A stretch of DNA of 64,000 nt from the NCBI GenBank assembly GCA_021159185.1, contig JAGGSH010000012.1:1235-65234 (forward strand), written 5' to 3'. Position numbers and translations under genes: made by a program. The stretch's first letter is position 1; each line of letters begins with the position of its first letter. The DNA is from a bacterium (GTDB lineage: Bacteria; Patescibacteriota; Minisyncoccia; Moranbacterales; UBA9337). The notes under the pieces are model-generated. The model did not search any database. It had not been told where the DNA came from and saw only the letters and a program-made list of their open reading frames with translations. Positions 27,365 through 37,926 of this stretch are shown here, piece after piece.

Positions 27365-28870
27365 TTGATTTTTGATTTTTTAAATATGCTCACTTTAGAA
27401 GACATTTTCAAATCTTTTAAGCTTCCTCTGACGGAAAAACGCAAAAAGCTTATTGCGGAAGCGTATGAATTTGCCGAAAGCGCCCACGACGGACAAAAAA
27501 GGAAATCTGGAGAAAATTATATCCAACACTCCATTGCCACGGCAATAACCTTGGCTAAGATCGGCATGGGATCAAAAACCGTCGCCGCCGGATTATTGCA
27601 TGACGTTCCCGAAGATACCGCCGTAACGCTTTCGGAGCTGGAAAAAAATTTTGGGAAAGAAATCGCCAACATTATAGATGGGATAACTAAGCTGGGGAAA
27701 ATAAAATTAAGAGCTTCCCGAGAAGAATATTTTTTGGAAAATTTGCGCAAGATGTTCTTGGCCATGGCGGCGGACATAAGAGTAGTTATCATTAAGCTGG
27801 CCGACCGCCTTCACAATATGCGCACTCTGCGATATCTCCCGCCGGAAAAGCAGCAACGCATTGCCCGTGAAACCATGGAAATCTACGTGCCTATCGCCAA
27901 TCGGCTGGGTATTGGAGAAATTAAAGAACAACTGGAAGACCTAGCCCTTCAGTATCTTAATCCCAGAGATTATGAAAATGTGAAAAAATTAAGAACTGAA
28001 AATTATCAAAAAGGAGAAAAATATTTGAAACAAGCTATTAAAGAACTAAAGAAAGAGCTGAAGAAATCCGGAGTGCCGGTAATTGATATTTACGGGAGAG
28101 CCAAACATCTTTATAGTTTGTCTTTGAAACTCAAGCGTTACGATATGGACATTGCCAGAATATACGATCTGGTGGCTGTCCGTATAATTGTTCCCGAAGT
28201 TGCCGACTGCTACGAAGCGCTGGGAATTGTCCATAAAAAATATCATCCCATGGTAGGCCGCATTAAAGATTACATTTCCCTCCCTAAATCCAACGGCTAC
28301 CAATCCATTCACACCACCATTTTCGGTCCCGATGGAAAAATACTGGAAGTCCAGATCCGCACCCAGAAAATGCACGATGAAGCCGAATTTGGAATCGCCG
28401 CCCATTGGATTTACAGCGAAAGAGAAAAAATGGGATGGAAAAAATTTATTTTTAAGCCGCATGGAGACAAAGTTCCGAAGAAAGAACTGGAATGGGTACG
28501 GCAGTTGCGGGACTGGCAAAAAGAAATCGGGCGAGACGATGAAGAGTTTGTGGAAGGATTAAAAATTGATTTTTTCAAAAACCACATTTTTGCTTTTACG
28601 CCTTTGGGTGATATTATTGATCTTCCCGAGGAAGCCACTCCCATTGATTTTGCTTACGCTATTCACAGCGAAGTGGGAAATAACGCCACCGGAGCTAAAG
28701 CCGATGGAAAAATTGTTACACTGGATCATCAAATTAAAAACGGGCAGGTAATTGAAATTTTAACTTCTAAAGAAAATAAAACGCCCAGCCGCGACTGGCT
28801 GGGATTTGTAAAAACTTCCAAAGCCAAAAGCCGCATTAAAAGAGAACTGAAAAAAGAAGAAGGGTATTAA
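27365..28870 (+). CDS. (p)ppGpp synthetase/hydrolase Rel/SpoT homologue (HD + synthetase + TGS; no C-terminal ACT region)
   Basis: HD motif LLHDVPEDT...ADRLHNMRTL. Synthetase RAKHLYSLSLKLKRY..IYDLVAVRIIV and GYQSIHTTI..ILEVQIRT. TGS domain FTPLGDIIDLP..TPIDFAYAIHSEVG. Confidence 0.88.
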   Translation: MIFDFLNMLTLEDIFKSFKLPLTEKRKKLIAEAYEFAESAHDGQKRKSGENYIQHSIATAITLAKIGMGSKTVAAGLLHDVPEDTAVTLSELEKNFGKEIANIIDGITKLGKIKLRASREEYFLENLRKMFLAMAADIRVVIIKLADRLHNMRTLRYLPPEKQQRIARETMEIYVPIANRLGIGEIKEQLEDLALQYLNPRDYENVKKLRTENYQKGEKYLKQAIKELKKELKKSGVPVIDIYGRAKHLYSLSLKLKRYDMDIARIYDLVAVRIIVPEVADCYEALGIVHKKYHPMVGRIKDYISLPKSNGYQSIHTTIFGPDGKILEVQIRTQKMHDEAEFGIAAHWIYSEREKMGWKKFIFKPHGDKVPKKELEWVRQLRDWQKEIGRDDEEFVEGLKIDFFKNHIFAFTPLGDIIDLPEEATPIDFAYAIHSEVGNNATGAKADGKIVTLDHQIKNGQVIEILTSKENKTPSRDWLGFVKTSKAKSRIKRELKKEEGY

Positions 28871-28966
28871 ACTCTATCTTTCTTTGCTTTCTTTAATATT
28901 TTCACAACCCCCGCTTCGCCCCGTCATCCGACAGGACTTCGCTTCGTATATTCTTTTATTTTAGGA

Positions 28967-29837
28967 TTATTTATTATTCTTGCCTTTCGCTCTTTTCAAC
29001 ACCTTCACCGCCCCCCGTTTCGCGTCTACTTCCACCAAATCGCCGTCGTGCAATATTTTAGTGGCGATCTTAGTGCCAATAATACAGGGTTTTTTTTAGT
29101 TCACGGGCGATAATAGCGGCATGGCAAGTGATACCGCCTTCGTCAGTGATGATGGCTCCGGCTTTTTTGATAACAGACATATATTCCGGCGTAGTCATAT
29201 GGGCAATCAATACATTATTCTTTTTCATTTTTTTAAAATCCTGGGACCCAAGGATGATTTTTGCTACTCCTTTAGCCATTCCTTGGGAAGCAACTTCGCC
29301 TTTGATTTTTTTCAATTTACCATTAGAGAAAGCGATTATTCTTTTACTTGAATTACGACTTCTTAAAAAATGCTGAGCCTTTCCATTATTTAAAAAATTT
29401 CCTCTTTCCCGTATTTTTAATTTTTTATTTGGGTTGTATTTATTATAAAGATTAACAAACCGCTCTTCGTCTAAATAATATTTTCCGCCAACAAACTTAT
29501 TCTTAAATTTCTTCACTTCATTATAGTATTTCTCCAACACAAGAAATAGCGCATCTTTTCTGCGCCAATCTAATTCCTTACTTTCAGAATCAACCAAAAT
29601 AAAAAAATCTACGAGTTTTAGCGGTTTTTCTAAAAGATGCAATCTTCGCTCAATTGCCTCTGGAGCGATCTTTTCACAATAAATTTTTCCGACAAAGTAC
29701 AAAATCGCTCTTGCTTCATTGAGAGCCTCCCAACTAGGCTTATCGCATATCTCTTGATATCTTTTCCAAAGGTAATTCATTCTTGATTTAACCCCTCGCA
29801 AATTCATCAGATATGTATATTTTAATAGTAATCGCAT
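28967..29837 (-). pseudogene. PEP-utilising-enzyme swivel (phosphohistidine) domain protein, interrupted by a +1 A in an A8 homopolymer (29090-29097)
   Basis: The listed ORF ends ...GGITCHAAIIARELKKTLYYWH*. Removing one A from the A8 run continues the frame as ELKKPCIIGTKIATKILHDGDLVEVDAKRGAVKVLKRAKGKNNK*, which is collinear with the C-terminus of the paralogue at 30956..33091. Confidence 0.6.
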
Positions 29838-29915
29838 ATTTTATAGATTGGTAATAATGTTTAAATTAAAACCCTATTAAACTCCATTGGAGCTTTTCAA
29901 CTACGGATAATTTTA

Positions 29916-30029
<114 letters not shown>

Positions 30030-30953
30030 TTACGCCGATTTTTCAGTTTCTTTTTTATGTAGCTCATTGTAAAACTTTGCAAGTTCATCAATTTTTTGCA
30101 TATCTAAATATGCATCACCGCCAAGTCTTTTTTGATTATCAAATCGCATTCGTACTTGCCCAAGCTTCCCGTTTCGGTCAGTTTTCAAAACAATATCAAA
30201 TCCTTCGGATGGTTTGAAATTTCCGCCTATTTCTTCCAATGTCGCGCCATGTACTTCATTGCTGTCTTTATCTTTCCAAATTACTGTTTCAGCAAGAAAC
30301 GGTTCAATCATCCCCGTGTGGCTACCAAGTGGAAATAAGAGTCTCTGGTTTGATTTTAACTTTTCTTGCATCATTTTTATATAGTGTTTCACCAAGACAG
30401 CGAGTGAACCGGCGATTTCCTTTCTTGTATCAACCGCGGCTTTGGTCTGTAAACTCATCAGATGTTCTACTGATTTTGCGTCTGCATATTCTGACACCTT
30501 TTTCTTTTCGTTATCTGACAAATCATCAAAACTCTTACCACTTTTTAATACATCACGAATATATTCATTTGCAAAATTTTCGTGTATTTTTAAGTAGTCA
30601 AATGGCATTTCTAAAACCATTGTTTCGTAATTCAAAACATCGCGTGGCCTTGTTCTGTATAATTCATCACCTGCGATTTCTTTACCAAAAATGTGTGCTG
30701 TTTCAAGCGATCTCTGCATTTCCAGCTCTTCGCCTTCCACCTTTGTTTTTGGTCCAGCAGTTGAACCAAACGCTTTTACCGCATTAAACTCTTCGTTTAC
30801 CAAATGACTTGTTTTTGCGATTTCTTTTGTTCTCTCTCTGCCATATTCTTCAAGTGTACCATCTAGGTTTCTGTCACCATGGCGCAACACATGCAAAACA
30901 AGCTCAACATTTGCGCCTTTTTCTTTTTCAATTTCATTTTCAAATCTTTCCAT
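30030..30953 (-). CDS. histidine-phosphatase-superfamily-like protein (RHG motif), tentative
   Basis: N-terminal LVLHVLRHGDRN resembles the RHG catalytic motif of the phosphoglycerate-mutase/histidine-phosphatase branch. A later PLGSHTGMIEP could be the second catalytic His. Otherwise divergent. Confidence 0.4.
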   Translation of the reverse strand: MERFENEIEKEKGANVELVLHVLRHGDRNLDGTLEEYGRERTKEIAKTSHLVNEEFNAVKAFGSTAGPKTKVEGEELEMQRSLETAHIFGKEIAGDELYRTRPRDVLNYETMVLEMPFDYLKIHENFANEYIRDVLKSGKSFDDLSDNEKKKVSEYADAKSVEHLMSLQTKAAVDTRKEIAGSLAVLVKHYIKMMQEKLKSNQRLLFPLGSHTGMIEPFLAETVIWKDKDSNEVHGATLEEIGGNFKPSEGFDIVLKTDRNGKLGQVRMRFDNQKRLGGDAYLDMQKIDELAKFYNELHKKETEKSA

Positions 30954-30955
30954 AG

Positions 30956-33091
30956 TTATTTTTTAGATTTTTCTATGATACGCACAAAGCCCTCATTTGC
31001 ATTTACCTCAACCAAATCTCCGTCTTCCAAAACCTGCGTAGCATTTTTCGTACCAACTATGCATGGTTTTCTCAATTCGCGCGATACAATCGCTGCATGA
31101 CATATAATCCCACCCTCATCTGTGACAATTGCAGATGCTTTCTTGAGTAAGGGAATCATCTGGGGATTTGTCATGCCTGTCACCAACACATCGCCGTTCC
31201 TCACATTTGTTGTATTAGTCCATGATAAATGAGTTACAACACGACCTTTCGCAATACCAGAAAATGCGACATCGCCAATCACTTCGCTATTGTGTATTCT
31301 TTGCATCTTATCTTTCCAGTATGCGTATTGCTCGCCAGTATACAAATTCCATTCATTATTCTCTTTTACAAATACACTTCCTTTTAGTCTTTCTTTGAGT
31401 TCGTCGATGGTTATCGTTAGTTCTCCATGTAATGCTTTTTCAAATTCACTCACACGCATTGCCCCAACAATTTCCATAGGCAAATTGTGTTTTCTGGAAA
31501 CATATTTTAAGAAAATATCGTCCGTAAAAAATTTCTCTGAATCTCCATGGAGTCGCAATTTCATTTTTCCCATTTCAATAAGTCGTTCAACATATTTTTT
31601 AGTTTTAGCATCTGGTAATTTATCAAAAGAGTTATGTGTTAAAATTTCAATTAGTCTCTCTTTGGAAATTGTTTTCAGAATTTCTTGCTCTAATGCCTGT
31701 TGAAATGGCTGCTCGTAAAATCTGTATAGCTCACAAAATTTATCATTCAAAAGCATTGATTTTTTCCATTCCTCATTAAGATTTTTTTCATCCAAATGAT
31801 CTAGGCTGTAAAACTTCAAATCTTTATCTAATTTTTTTGACTCTACAAGAAATTTATGATAAAAATCATCATTTAAAAGCGAAGTGCTAATCTTATAACA
31901 TTCTTTTGCGCCTTTTGGAGATAAATATGCACGAGTAACGTCATTTTCATATAAAACAACATGATCAGCAGCACCATAAGTTTCGTTATTATTAAAAATC
32001 ATGTCTAAAAACAAAATACTGAACCCTGATACTGTAAAATGTAGTTCATAATCTTTTTCTGCATTCTCATTCTTTCTGGGTTTTGTAGTTTTGAGTGTCG
32101 TAATCGGCCTGCTTTGAACTATATAGAATTTCCCGTCAGCATAAGCCCATTCAATATCCTGCGGTTTTTTGTAGTGCTTTTCTATCCGCAAGCAAATTTC
32201 CGCTAGTTCAATAATTTGCTTTCCGGTTAATTTTTGTTTTTCTTGCTGGCTTTTTGCAACCGGAGCCCATCTTACGCCCTTCCGCAAGCATTTTGTAATC
32301 TGCTTTTTCTGTTCAGTTATGTTAATATCTATCATTGACCAATCGCGTTTATCAATAACATAAGCGTCCGGCGTGATTGATCCCGATACGATGGCTTCGC
32401 CTAGGCCCCAACCGGCTTCAATAATCATTTGATTTTTATCCTGCGTAACAGGATGAACCGTAAAAACAATGCCCGAAATTTCTGACGCGATCATTTCCTG
32501 AATAACAACCGCTACACTAACATTGGCCTTTAATAAATCTTTTTCACGGCGATAAAAAATCGCCCGCGAAGTGAATAGGGACGACCAGCATTTTTTTACA
32601 TTTTCCAATAACGTTTCTCTTGTGGTGTTTAAATAACTTTCCAGTTCTCCCGCCCAAGAGGCTACTTCGCTGTCTTCAGCGGTAGCACTGCTTCTAACAG
32701 CTGTAAAAAATTGTCCTTTTGGCTCCGCGGTTTTGAATTTTAATCTTTGAGTCTTAAGATTTAAAAACTCTGAAACTATTTCCTTCTCTAAATCTCTAGG
32801 CATTTTCGCGTCACAAATCAAATCCCGAATAACATTGGAAGCCCTGTCAACAGAATGCGTATCATTATAATTAATCTCATTAAGACGAGCTTCAATGTCT
32901 TGCGTCAAATCTGTCTCCTCAAGAAACCTGTCAAAAGCTTTGGCTAAAACAACAAATCCCGGCGGGACAGGAATTTTATTATTTACCATTTCGCCAAGCG
33001 AAGCGCCTTTGCCTCCGGCAGCCAGAATATCCTTTTTTGTAAGCTGTTTAAAACTTTTCGTAAACATAAAACTCTTAAAAATAATATTCAA
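30956..33091 (-). CDS. PEP-utilising enzyme family protein (PPDK_N ATP-grasp/pyruvate-phosphate-dikinase N-terminal domain + phosphohistidine swivel domain; PEP synthase / rifampicin-phosphotransferase-like architecture)
   Basis: N-terminus AAGGKGASLGEM...VPPGFVV..FDRFL and ...[22 protein letters not shown] (PPDK_N). C-terminus GDVLVTGMTNPQMIPLLKKASAIVTDEGGIICHAAIVSRELRKPCIVG (PEP-utilizers mobile domain with catalytic His). No C-terminal TIM-barrel domain. Confidence 0.8.
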   Translation of the reverse strand: MNIIFKSFMFTKSFKQLTKKDILAAGGKGASLGEMVNNKIPVPPGFVVLAKAFDRFLEETDLTQDIEARLNEINYNDTHSVDRASNVIRDLICDAKMPRDLEKEIVSEFLNLKTQRLKFKTAEPKGQFFTAVRSSATAEDSEVASWAGELESYLNTTRETLLENVKKCWSSLFTSRAIFYRREKDLLKANVSVAVVIQEMIASEISGIVFTVHPVTQDKNQMIIEAGWGLGEAIVSGSITPDAYVIDKRDWSMIDINITEQKKQITKCLRKGVRWAPVAKSQQEKQKLTGKQIIELAEICLRIEKHYKKPQDIEWAYADGKFYIVQSRPITTLKTTKPRKNENAEKDYELHFTVSGFSILFLDMIFNNNETYGAADHVVLYENDVTRAYLSPKGAKECYKISTSLLNDDFYHKFLVESKKLDKDLKFYSLDHLDEKNLNEEWKKSMLLNDKFCELYRFYEQPFQQALEQEILKTISKERLIEILTHNSFDKLPDAKTKKYVERLIEMGKMKLRLHGDSEKFFTDDIFLKYVSRKHNLPMEIVGAMRVSEFEKALHGELTITIDELKERLKGSVFVKENNEWNLYTGEQYAYWKDKMQRIHNSEVIGDVAFSGIAKGRVVTHLSWTNTTNVRNGDVLVTGMTNPQMIPLLKKASAIVTDEGGIICHAAIVSRELRKPCIVGTKNATQVLEDGDLVEVNANEGFVRIIEKSKK
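32098..32195. repeat. 98-bp perfect direct repeat, copy 2 (in-frame inside the CDS 30956..33091)
   Basis: Nucleotide-identical to 29921-30018. Encodes the conserved [20 protein letters not shown] motif. Confidence 0.9.
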
Positions 33092-33984
33092 AAAATTTTG
33101 TCCAATATCCCATCCAGTTCTTCTTCTGAATAATAATCAATTATGATTTTTCCGCCATCGCCGGATTTTTTTATTTTCACTTTTGTCCCCAAAGCTCCCA
33201 TTAATTTATTCTCCAACTCTTTTATTTCGGGATCAACATTTATTTTTCGGCGATGGGATTTGACAGAGACTTCCTTAGTTTTATCTTCAGCTTGGCGGAC
33301 AGTCAGATTGCTTTTCAGTATCAGGCTCAGCAAGACTCTTTGCTTCTCGCTATTGCTAAGCGCTAAAATCGCTTTAGCGTGCCCTTCGGTAATATTTTCT
33401 TCCGCTAAAGCTCTTTGGACTTCCGCCGGCAATTTAAGCAAGCGCGTTTTATTGGCAATAGCGCTGCGGCTCTTTCCTATTTTATGGGCTATTTCTTCTT
33501 GGCTCATTTGAAAATCATCTGCCATCCGCTGATAAGCGCTCGCCTCTTCAATCGGATTAAGGTTATGGCGCTGGACATTTTCCGCTAGCGCTAATTCCAA
33601 CTTTTCTTTTTCTTTTATCTCTCTGGCAACTGCCGGCACTTTTTTCAGTCCGGCTATTTTAGCCGCCTGCAGCCTTCTCTCTCCCGCGATAAGCTCAAAT
33701 TGGGAACCGCTTCGGCTAACTACTAAAGGCTGAATAATCCCATGGCTTTTAATTGACTGGGAAAGCTCTTCTAACTTCTTTTCATCAAATTTCACTCTAG
33801 GCTGATATGGATTGGCGGCGATTTTATCTATTTCTATTTCCAGCGCTTGGCCATTATCATTCGGCGCTTCCTCGCCTAATTTTATTTTTTTCCGTTTTTG
33901 GGAAAATTCAACAGTGGCGTTTTTTTTATTTTTTTGGGGAATTAGAGAAGCTAGTCCTCTCCCCAATCCATAATTTTGCGGCAT
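33088..33984 (-). CDS. parB: chromosome partitioning protein ParB/Spo0J
   Basis: IEIDKIAANPYQPR......GIIQPLVV......ELIAGERRLQAAKIAG and the HTH EIAHKIGKSRSAIANKTRLLKLP are canonical ParB. Confidence 0.92.
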   Translation of the reverse strand: MPQNYGLGRGLASLIPQKNKKNATVEFSQKRKKIKLGEEAPNDNGQALEIEIDKIAANPYQPRVKFDEKKLEELSQSIKSHGIIQPLVVSRSGSQFELIAGERRLQAAKIAGLKKVPAVAREIKEKEKLELALAENVQRHNLNPIEEASAYQRMADDFQMSQEEIAHKIGKSRSAIANKTRLLKLPAEVQRALAEENITEGHAKAILALSNSEKQRVLLSLILKSNLTVRQAEDKTKEVSVKSHRRKINVDPEIKELENKLMGALGTKVKIKKSGDGGKIIIDYYSEEELDGILDKIF

Positions 33985-34021
33985 AAGATTTGTAAGATTA
34001 GTTTAATTTAAAACTCTTTTT

Positions 34022-34149
34022 TGTCATTCCCGTCCTTCTCTATGTCATTCCCGCGAAAGCGGCCTGCCTGCCGGCGAGGCAGGGAATCCAGAGTAATTAT
34101 TTAAACTAGCGATTGCATCCTAGATTCCCAATCAAGTCGGGAATGACAT
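34022..34149. repeat. Family A palindromic element (copy A5, duplicated 5' terminus)
   Basis: TGTCATTCCCGtccttctctaTGTCATTCCCGCGAAAGCGGCCTGCCTGCCGGCGAGGCAGGGAATCCAGAG....GATTCCCAATCAAGTCGGGAATGACA. Followed by further GC-rich inverted repeats up to ~34240. Confidence 0.85.
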
Positions 34150-34420
34150 AAAGGTATACCGAATCCCAGTATCCCTTTCTATCGCCAGGCAATCCAGTCC
34201 GCCGCGGCGGACAGGATTGCCTGGCGGCGGGCAGGGATAAGAAATCGCGAATGCAATAATATAAACAGCTGACTTAAACGCTCTTGCGATCTGACTCTGG
34301 ATTCCAGACATTTTTTCTTCCACTTTCCGCCAAAGGCAGACAAACGTTACAGAAAAAATTCTGGAATGGCAAGTGGAAATAATTGGCAAAAATTGTAAAC
34401 AACGCTGGACGATCTAACAT

Positions 34421-35206
34421 TTAAATCGTAAACTTCTTGTTCTCCCCTTCCATTCTTAATATCTCTTTCGCCAGATTTTTATACGCTCTGGCTCCTTTAG
34501 AAAAAGCGTCAAAATGCAGAATTGATTTGCCGAAACCGGGAGCTTCCGCCAATCTAACGGTACGGGGAATAATACTGTCAAAAACATAACCGGGAAAATG
34601 ATCGCGAACTTCCCGCACCACCTGCCGCGCCAGCCTGTTCCTTCTGTCATACATCGTCATAAGCGCTCCCATAACTTTAAGTTCCGGCTGTAAATTCTCC
34701 CTAACTAAATTTATCGTTTCCAAAAGCTGGCTTAATCCTTCCAGCGCGTAGTACTCGGCCTGGACTGGAATAATAACTTCATCGCTGGCTGTTAGGCCGT
34801 TTATAGTCAATAATCCCAAACTAGGCGGGCTGTCAATAATAATATAATCGTAATCCGTTCTGATCTGGCGGAGAACCTCGTATAATCTAAACTCCCGATT
34901 GTCCAAATGGACTATTTCCACTCCCGCGCCGGCTAAATCCTGGGAAGATGGAATAATATCACAATTAAAATTTTCAATTTTGGTAATTACATCTTGGGGA
35001 TGTTCTCCTGAAATCATTGCCTGATAAAGACTCTTCTTCAAATTTCTAGTGTCAATTCCCAGTCCGGACGAAGCGTTGCCCTGCGGATCCAAATCAACTA
35101 ATAAAACAAACTTTCCGGCATCCGCCAGATAAGTGACCAGATTTATAGCCGAAGTGGTTTTGCCCACTCCCCCTTTTTGGTTGATGAGTGAAATAATCTT
35201 CGCCAT
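34421..35206 (-). CDS. parA: chromosome partitioning ATPase ParA/Soj
   Basis: MAKIISLINQKGGVGKTTSAINL..YLA..GK.VLLVDLDPQGNAS is a canonical deviant Walker A ParA. Confidence 0.93.
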   Translation of the reverse strand: MAKIISLINQKGGVGKTTSAINLVTYLADAGKFVLLVDLDPQGNASSGLGIDTRNLKKSLYQAMISGEHPQDVITKIENFNCDIIPSSQDLAGAGVEIVHLDNREFRLYEVLRQIRTDYDYIIIDSPPSLGLLTINGLTASDEVIIPVQAEYYALEGLSQLLETINLVRENLQPELKVMGALMTMYDRRNRLARQVVREVRDHFPGYVFDSIIPRTVRLAEAPGFGKSILHFDAFSKGARAYKNLAKEILRMEGENKKFTI

Positions 35207-35262
35207 ATGGCTTAATTATACTACATTGACAGATGACTTTCAATTTTCTATTCTTAATTTAT

Positions 35263-35346
35263 GCCCGAGTGGCGGAATTGGCAGACGCGCTGGACTCAAA
35301 ATCCAGTGATGGCAACATCATGAGAGTTCAAGTCTCTCCTCGGGCA
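35263..35346 (+). tRNA. tRNA-Leu (anticodon CAA)
   Basis: Acceptor GCCCGAG/CTCGGGC. Anticodon stem CTGGA/TCCAG with loop CTCAAAA. Long variable arm TGATGGCAACATCA. T-arm GAGAG-TTCAAGT-CTCTC. No encoded CCA. Confidence 0.85.
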
Positions 35347-35486
35347 CAAAGCAACAGCTAGATGGTTTTTGCGATTTGTTCAAGCCTTCAAGTCCTGGGT
35401 ATAAATTGCAAATCCTGTCGAATGACAGGGCAACTCCCGCCATCGGCACAATAAATATCATATCGTGCCATTCGCGTTAATTCGCT

Positions 35487-36389
35487 TTAAATTCGCTCTC
35501 TATTCGCGAGTATATAAACATTTTCCAATAAGCAAGCCACTGTCACCGGACCTACTCCGCCGGGAACGGGAGAAATATATCCGGCAATATTTTTCACTGA
35601 TCCCGCATTAACATCTCCCAAAACTTTTTTTCCTCTCTTGGTTACTCCGCCGTCAATAATAATGGCTCCTTTTTTTATTATTCCGCCCTTAATCAAGCTG
35701 GGAATTCCGCAAGCAGAAATAATAATATCCGCTTTTTTTATTTCGCCTATTACCCCCTTCTCCCTCTGGAAAGAAGCCTGCCTGTCGGCAAACAGGGCGC
35801 TTGAAGAGCGGATGAAGGTATCAGCCAAAAAATACCGCGATTTCATATTCTTCCTTCTTAAAGCCTTTGCCATAATCTCTCCGAATTTTTCAGAGTTAGC
35901 TATTATCACCGCTTTTTTGCCGCTAAGCTTAACGCCGGCGCTTTCAATCATTTTAATTATGGCTCTAGGAAAAACCGGCCAGACTTTTTCTTTGTTTTTA
36001 AAAAATAATTTGACATTTTCCGAATGAAATCCATCCGCGTCTTTTCGCGGATCTATGGAATTTATAATTTTTCGCGTGTCTAATCCTTCCGGCAATGGAA
36101 GCTGGACAATCATTCCTGAAACTTTCTCATCAACATTTAACTCTTTTATTTTTTTAATCACCCTATTTTCCAAATCATTCCTATCCCCCCTATCGTCAAA
36201 CTCGTATTCAAAAAAATTTATTCCTGCTTTCTCCGCCGCTTTATTTTTCAACCGCGTGTAAATTCTTGACGCCTCATCCTCTCCAACTAAAATAACCGCC
36301 AGACCAATGCCCAGCTTTTCTTTTTCTATTTTAAGTTTAATATTCCTTAAAATTTCATCCGCGATTTTTTTTCCTTTTAAAAACTTCAT
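35487..36389 (-). CDS. folD: bifunctional methylenetetrahydrofolate dehydrogenase / methenyltetrahydrofolate cyclohydrolase
   Basis: GLAVILVGEDEASRIYTRLKNKAAEKAGI...VSGMIVQLPLP and ...GGVTKRGKKVLGDV...ISPVPGGVGPVTVACLLEN are canonical FolD. The start is probably MKFLKGKKIADEIL. The listed ORF's 20 extra N-terminal codons look spurious. Confidence 0.88.
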   Translation of the reverse strand: MKFLKGKKIADEILRNIKLKIEKEKLGIGLAVILVGEDEASRIYTRLKNKAAEKAGINFFEYEFDDRGDRNDLENRVIKKIKELNVDEKVSGMIVQLPLPEGLDTRKIINSIDPRKDADGFHSENVKLFFKNKEKVWPVFPRAIIKMIESAGVKLSGKKAVIIANSEKFGEIMAKALRRKNMKSRYFLADTFIRSSSALFADRQASFQREKGVIGEIKKADIIISACGIPSLIKGGIIKKGAIIIDGGVTKRGKKVLGDVNAGSVKNIAGYISPVPGGVGPVTVACLLENVYILANRERI

Positions 36390-36470
36390 AAAAGAAATTA
36401 ACAGCAATAGAGTCGCGCGTTCAGCTTCCAAAGGGAGAGAATTAACCAATTACTAGTTACTAGTACTGTT

Positions 36471-37730
36471 TTACTTATACCTCAACGCATCCAAAGGATC
36501 TATTCTGCTGGCGCGTCTGGCCGGAACAATACCGGTAGCGATTCCAACCAGTCCCGCGAAAATTATAATAGTTAGAATGAACCAATAAGGAATAAAAAAT
36601 AAATCAACTGATTCACCGCCAAAACGGCTGGCAATCGCGTTAACGCCTATATTAAACAATTCTCCGCCCAAGAATCCAATAAGTACGCCTACTACTCCGC
36701 CCAATAATCCCATTATAGCGGCTTCCATAACAAACATTAATGATATGGCTAAATTGGAAGCTCCGATTGATTTCATAATTCCGATTTCTTCCGTTCGTTC
36801 CAAAAGCGCGATAGTCATAGTATTAAACATACCAATAGCGCTAACTACCAAGGCAATTATGCCGAAAATCATCAAGACAATTTGGACAACTTTAAAAACT
36901 TTATTGGCTTGGTCTACTGTTTCTGAAAGAGAAGATACTTGCAATTCTTTGTTTAATAATTTTTCTCTAACAATTTCCATTTTATCATTAGACACGGATT
37001 TGACTTTGACTTGATCGTATCTGTTTATCTTTAAGTATTTCAAGGAATTGGAATTTACATACGCCGCGCTGGAATCTTTTTTTATAACACCCACTATTTT
37101 ATATTTGGTGTCCGGCGCGATTTTTTCAAAATCATCTCGAGACTTACTTTTCAAGTCTGTATCTTTTTTTTCATTGCCAGTTTTATCCGATTTGGGAACA
37201 TAAAAAACAAAAGCTATTTCTTCACCAATCAACTCCTTGCCTTCTTTTCCAAAAATGTCGGCTAAGGCCGATGTTATAACTACTCCTTTTTCATCCTCAT
37301 CATTTATGGACTCTCCCTCTTCAACAATAATGCCTCCCAATCTGAAAAAAGACGGTTCTGCCGCAATAACAGACATATCTACGAAAATGTCTCCCAGACT
37401 TCCCCGCGAAATAATTTGGGAAGAGGCGCTTACTTCTTCCACTTCTTCCATCCTATCAATTTCGGAAATCGTTTTATTATTTAAAACTGTATTCCCGGAT
37501 TTTTTTTTCGCCACATCCAAAGTCAAAAGCGATTCGGAAGTGGTAATTTTTTCCAACAAAGTTTTTTGCAATCCGTATCCAAAAGAAACTAAAAACAGAA
37601 TAGCTCCGATTCCTATGCTCATTCCCAGAATAGTAAGCAGCGTTCGCGAAGTTCTCGCTTTAAACATTCTTATTGACAATTTGAATATATCTATAAGTCT
37701 CATATGGATTATTGTCAGTTTATTATGCAA
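36471..37730 (-). CDS. ABC transporter permease, FtsX/MacB-like
   Basis: N-terminal TM helix, a large extracytoplasmic domain, and a C-terminal FtsX-type 3-TM bundle (MKSIGASNLAISLMFVMEAAIMGLLGG...). Confidence 0.8.
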   Translation of the reverse strand: MHNKLTIIHMRLIDIFKLSIRMFKARTSRTLLTILGMSIGIGAILFLVSFGYGLQKTLLEKITTSESLLTLDVAKKKSGNTVLNNKTISEIDRMEEVEEVSASSQIISRGSLGDIFVDMSVIAAEPSFFRLGGIIVEEGESINDEDEKGVVITSALADIFGKEGKELIGEEIAFVFYVPKSDKTGNEKKDTDLKSKSRDDFEKIAPDTKYKIVGVIKKDSSAAYVNSNSLKYLKINRYDQVKVKSVSNDKMEIVREKLLNKELQVSSLSETVDQANKVFKVVQIVLMIFGIIALVVSAIGMFNTMTIALLERTEEIGIMKSIGASNLAISLMFVMEAAIMGLLGGVVGVLIGFLGGELFNIGVNAIASRFGGESVDLFFIPYWFILTIIIFAGLVGIATGIVPARRASRIDPLDALRYK

Positions 37731-37926
37731 CTTTCATGCTTGGAGGAAAACAAATAAAATATATTTTCTACTCAGCCATAACTACATCTTTAATATGCCG
37801 CGTGAATATAGCTAATATATTTTTAAACAAAGTTTTTTAACCTTATAAAAAAGCCTTTGGAGAAAAATATATTTTATTTGTTTTTTGGAAAAATTTTTTA
37901 AACGCGAAAATTTTGATGCTATTATG

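Noticed and set aside
34132-34389. 85-aa ORF between parB and parA
   Set aside because: It lies over the Family A copy A5 and adjacent GC-rich inverted repeats. It has no RBS and repeat-derived composition. Treated as non-coding.
35347-35460. A second tRNA downstream of tRNA-Leu (CTTCAAGTCCTGGG resembles a T-arm)
   Set aside because: A complete cloverleaf with matching acceptor stem could not be drawn. Possibly a tRNA remnant or chance similarity.
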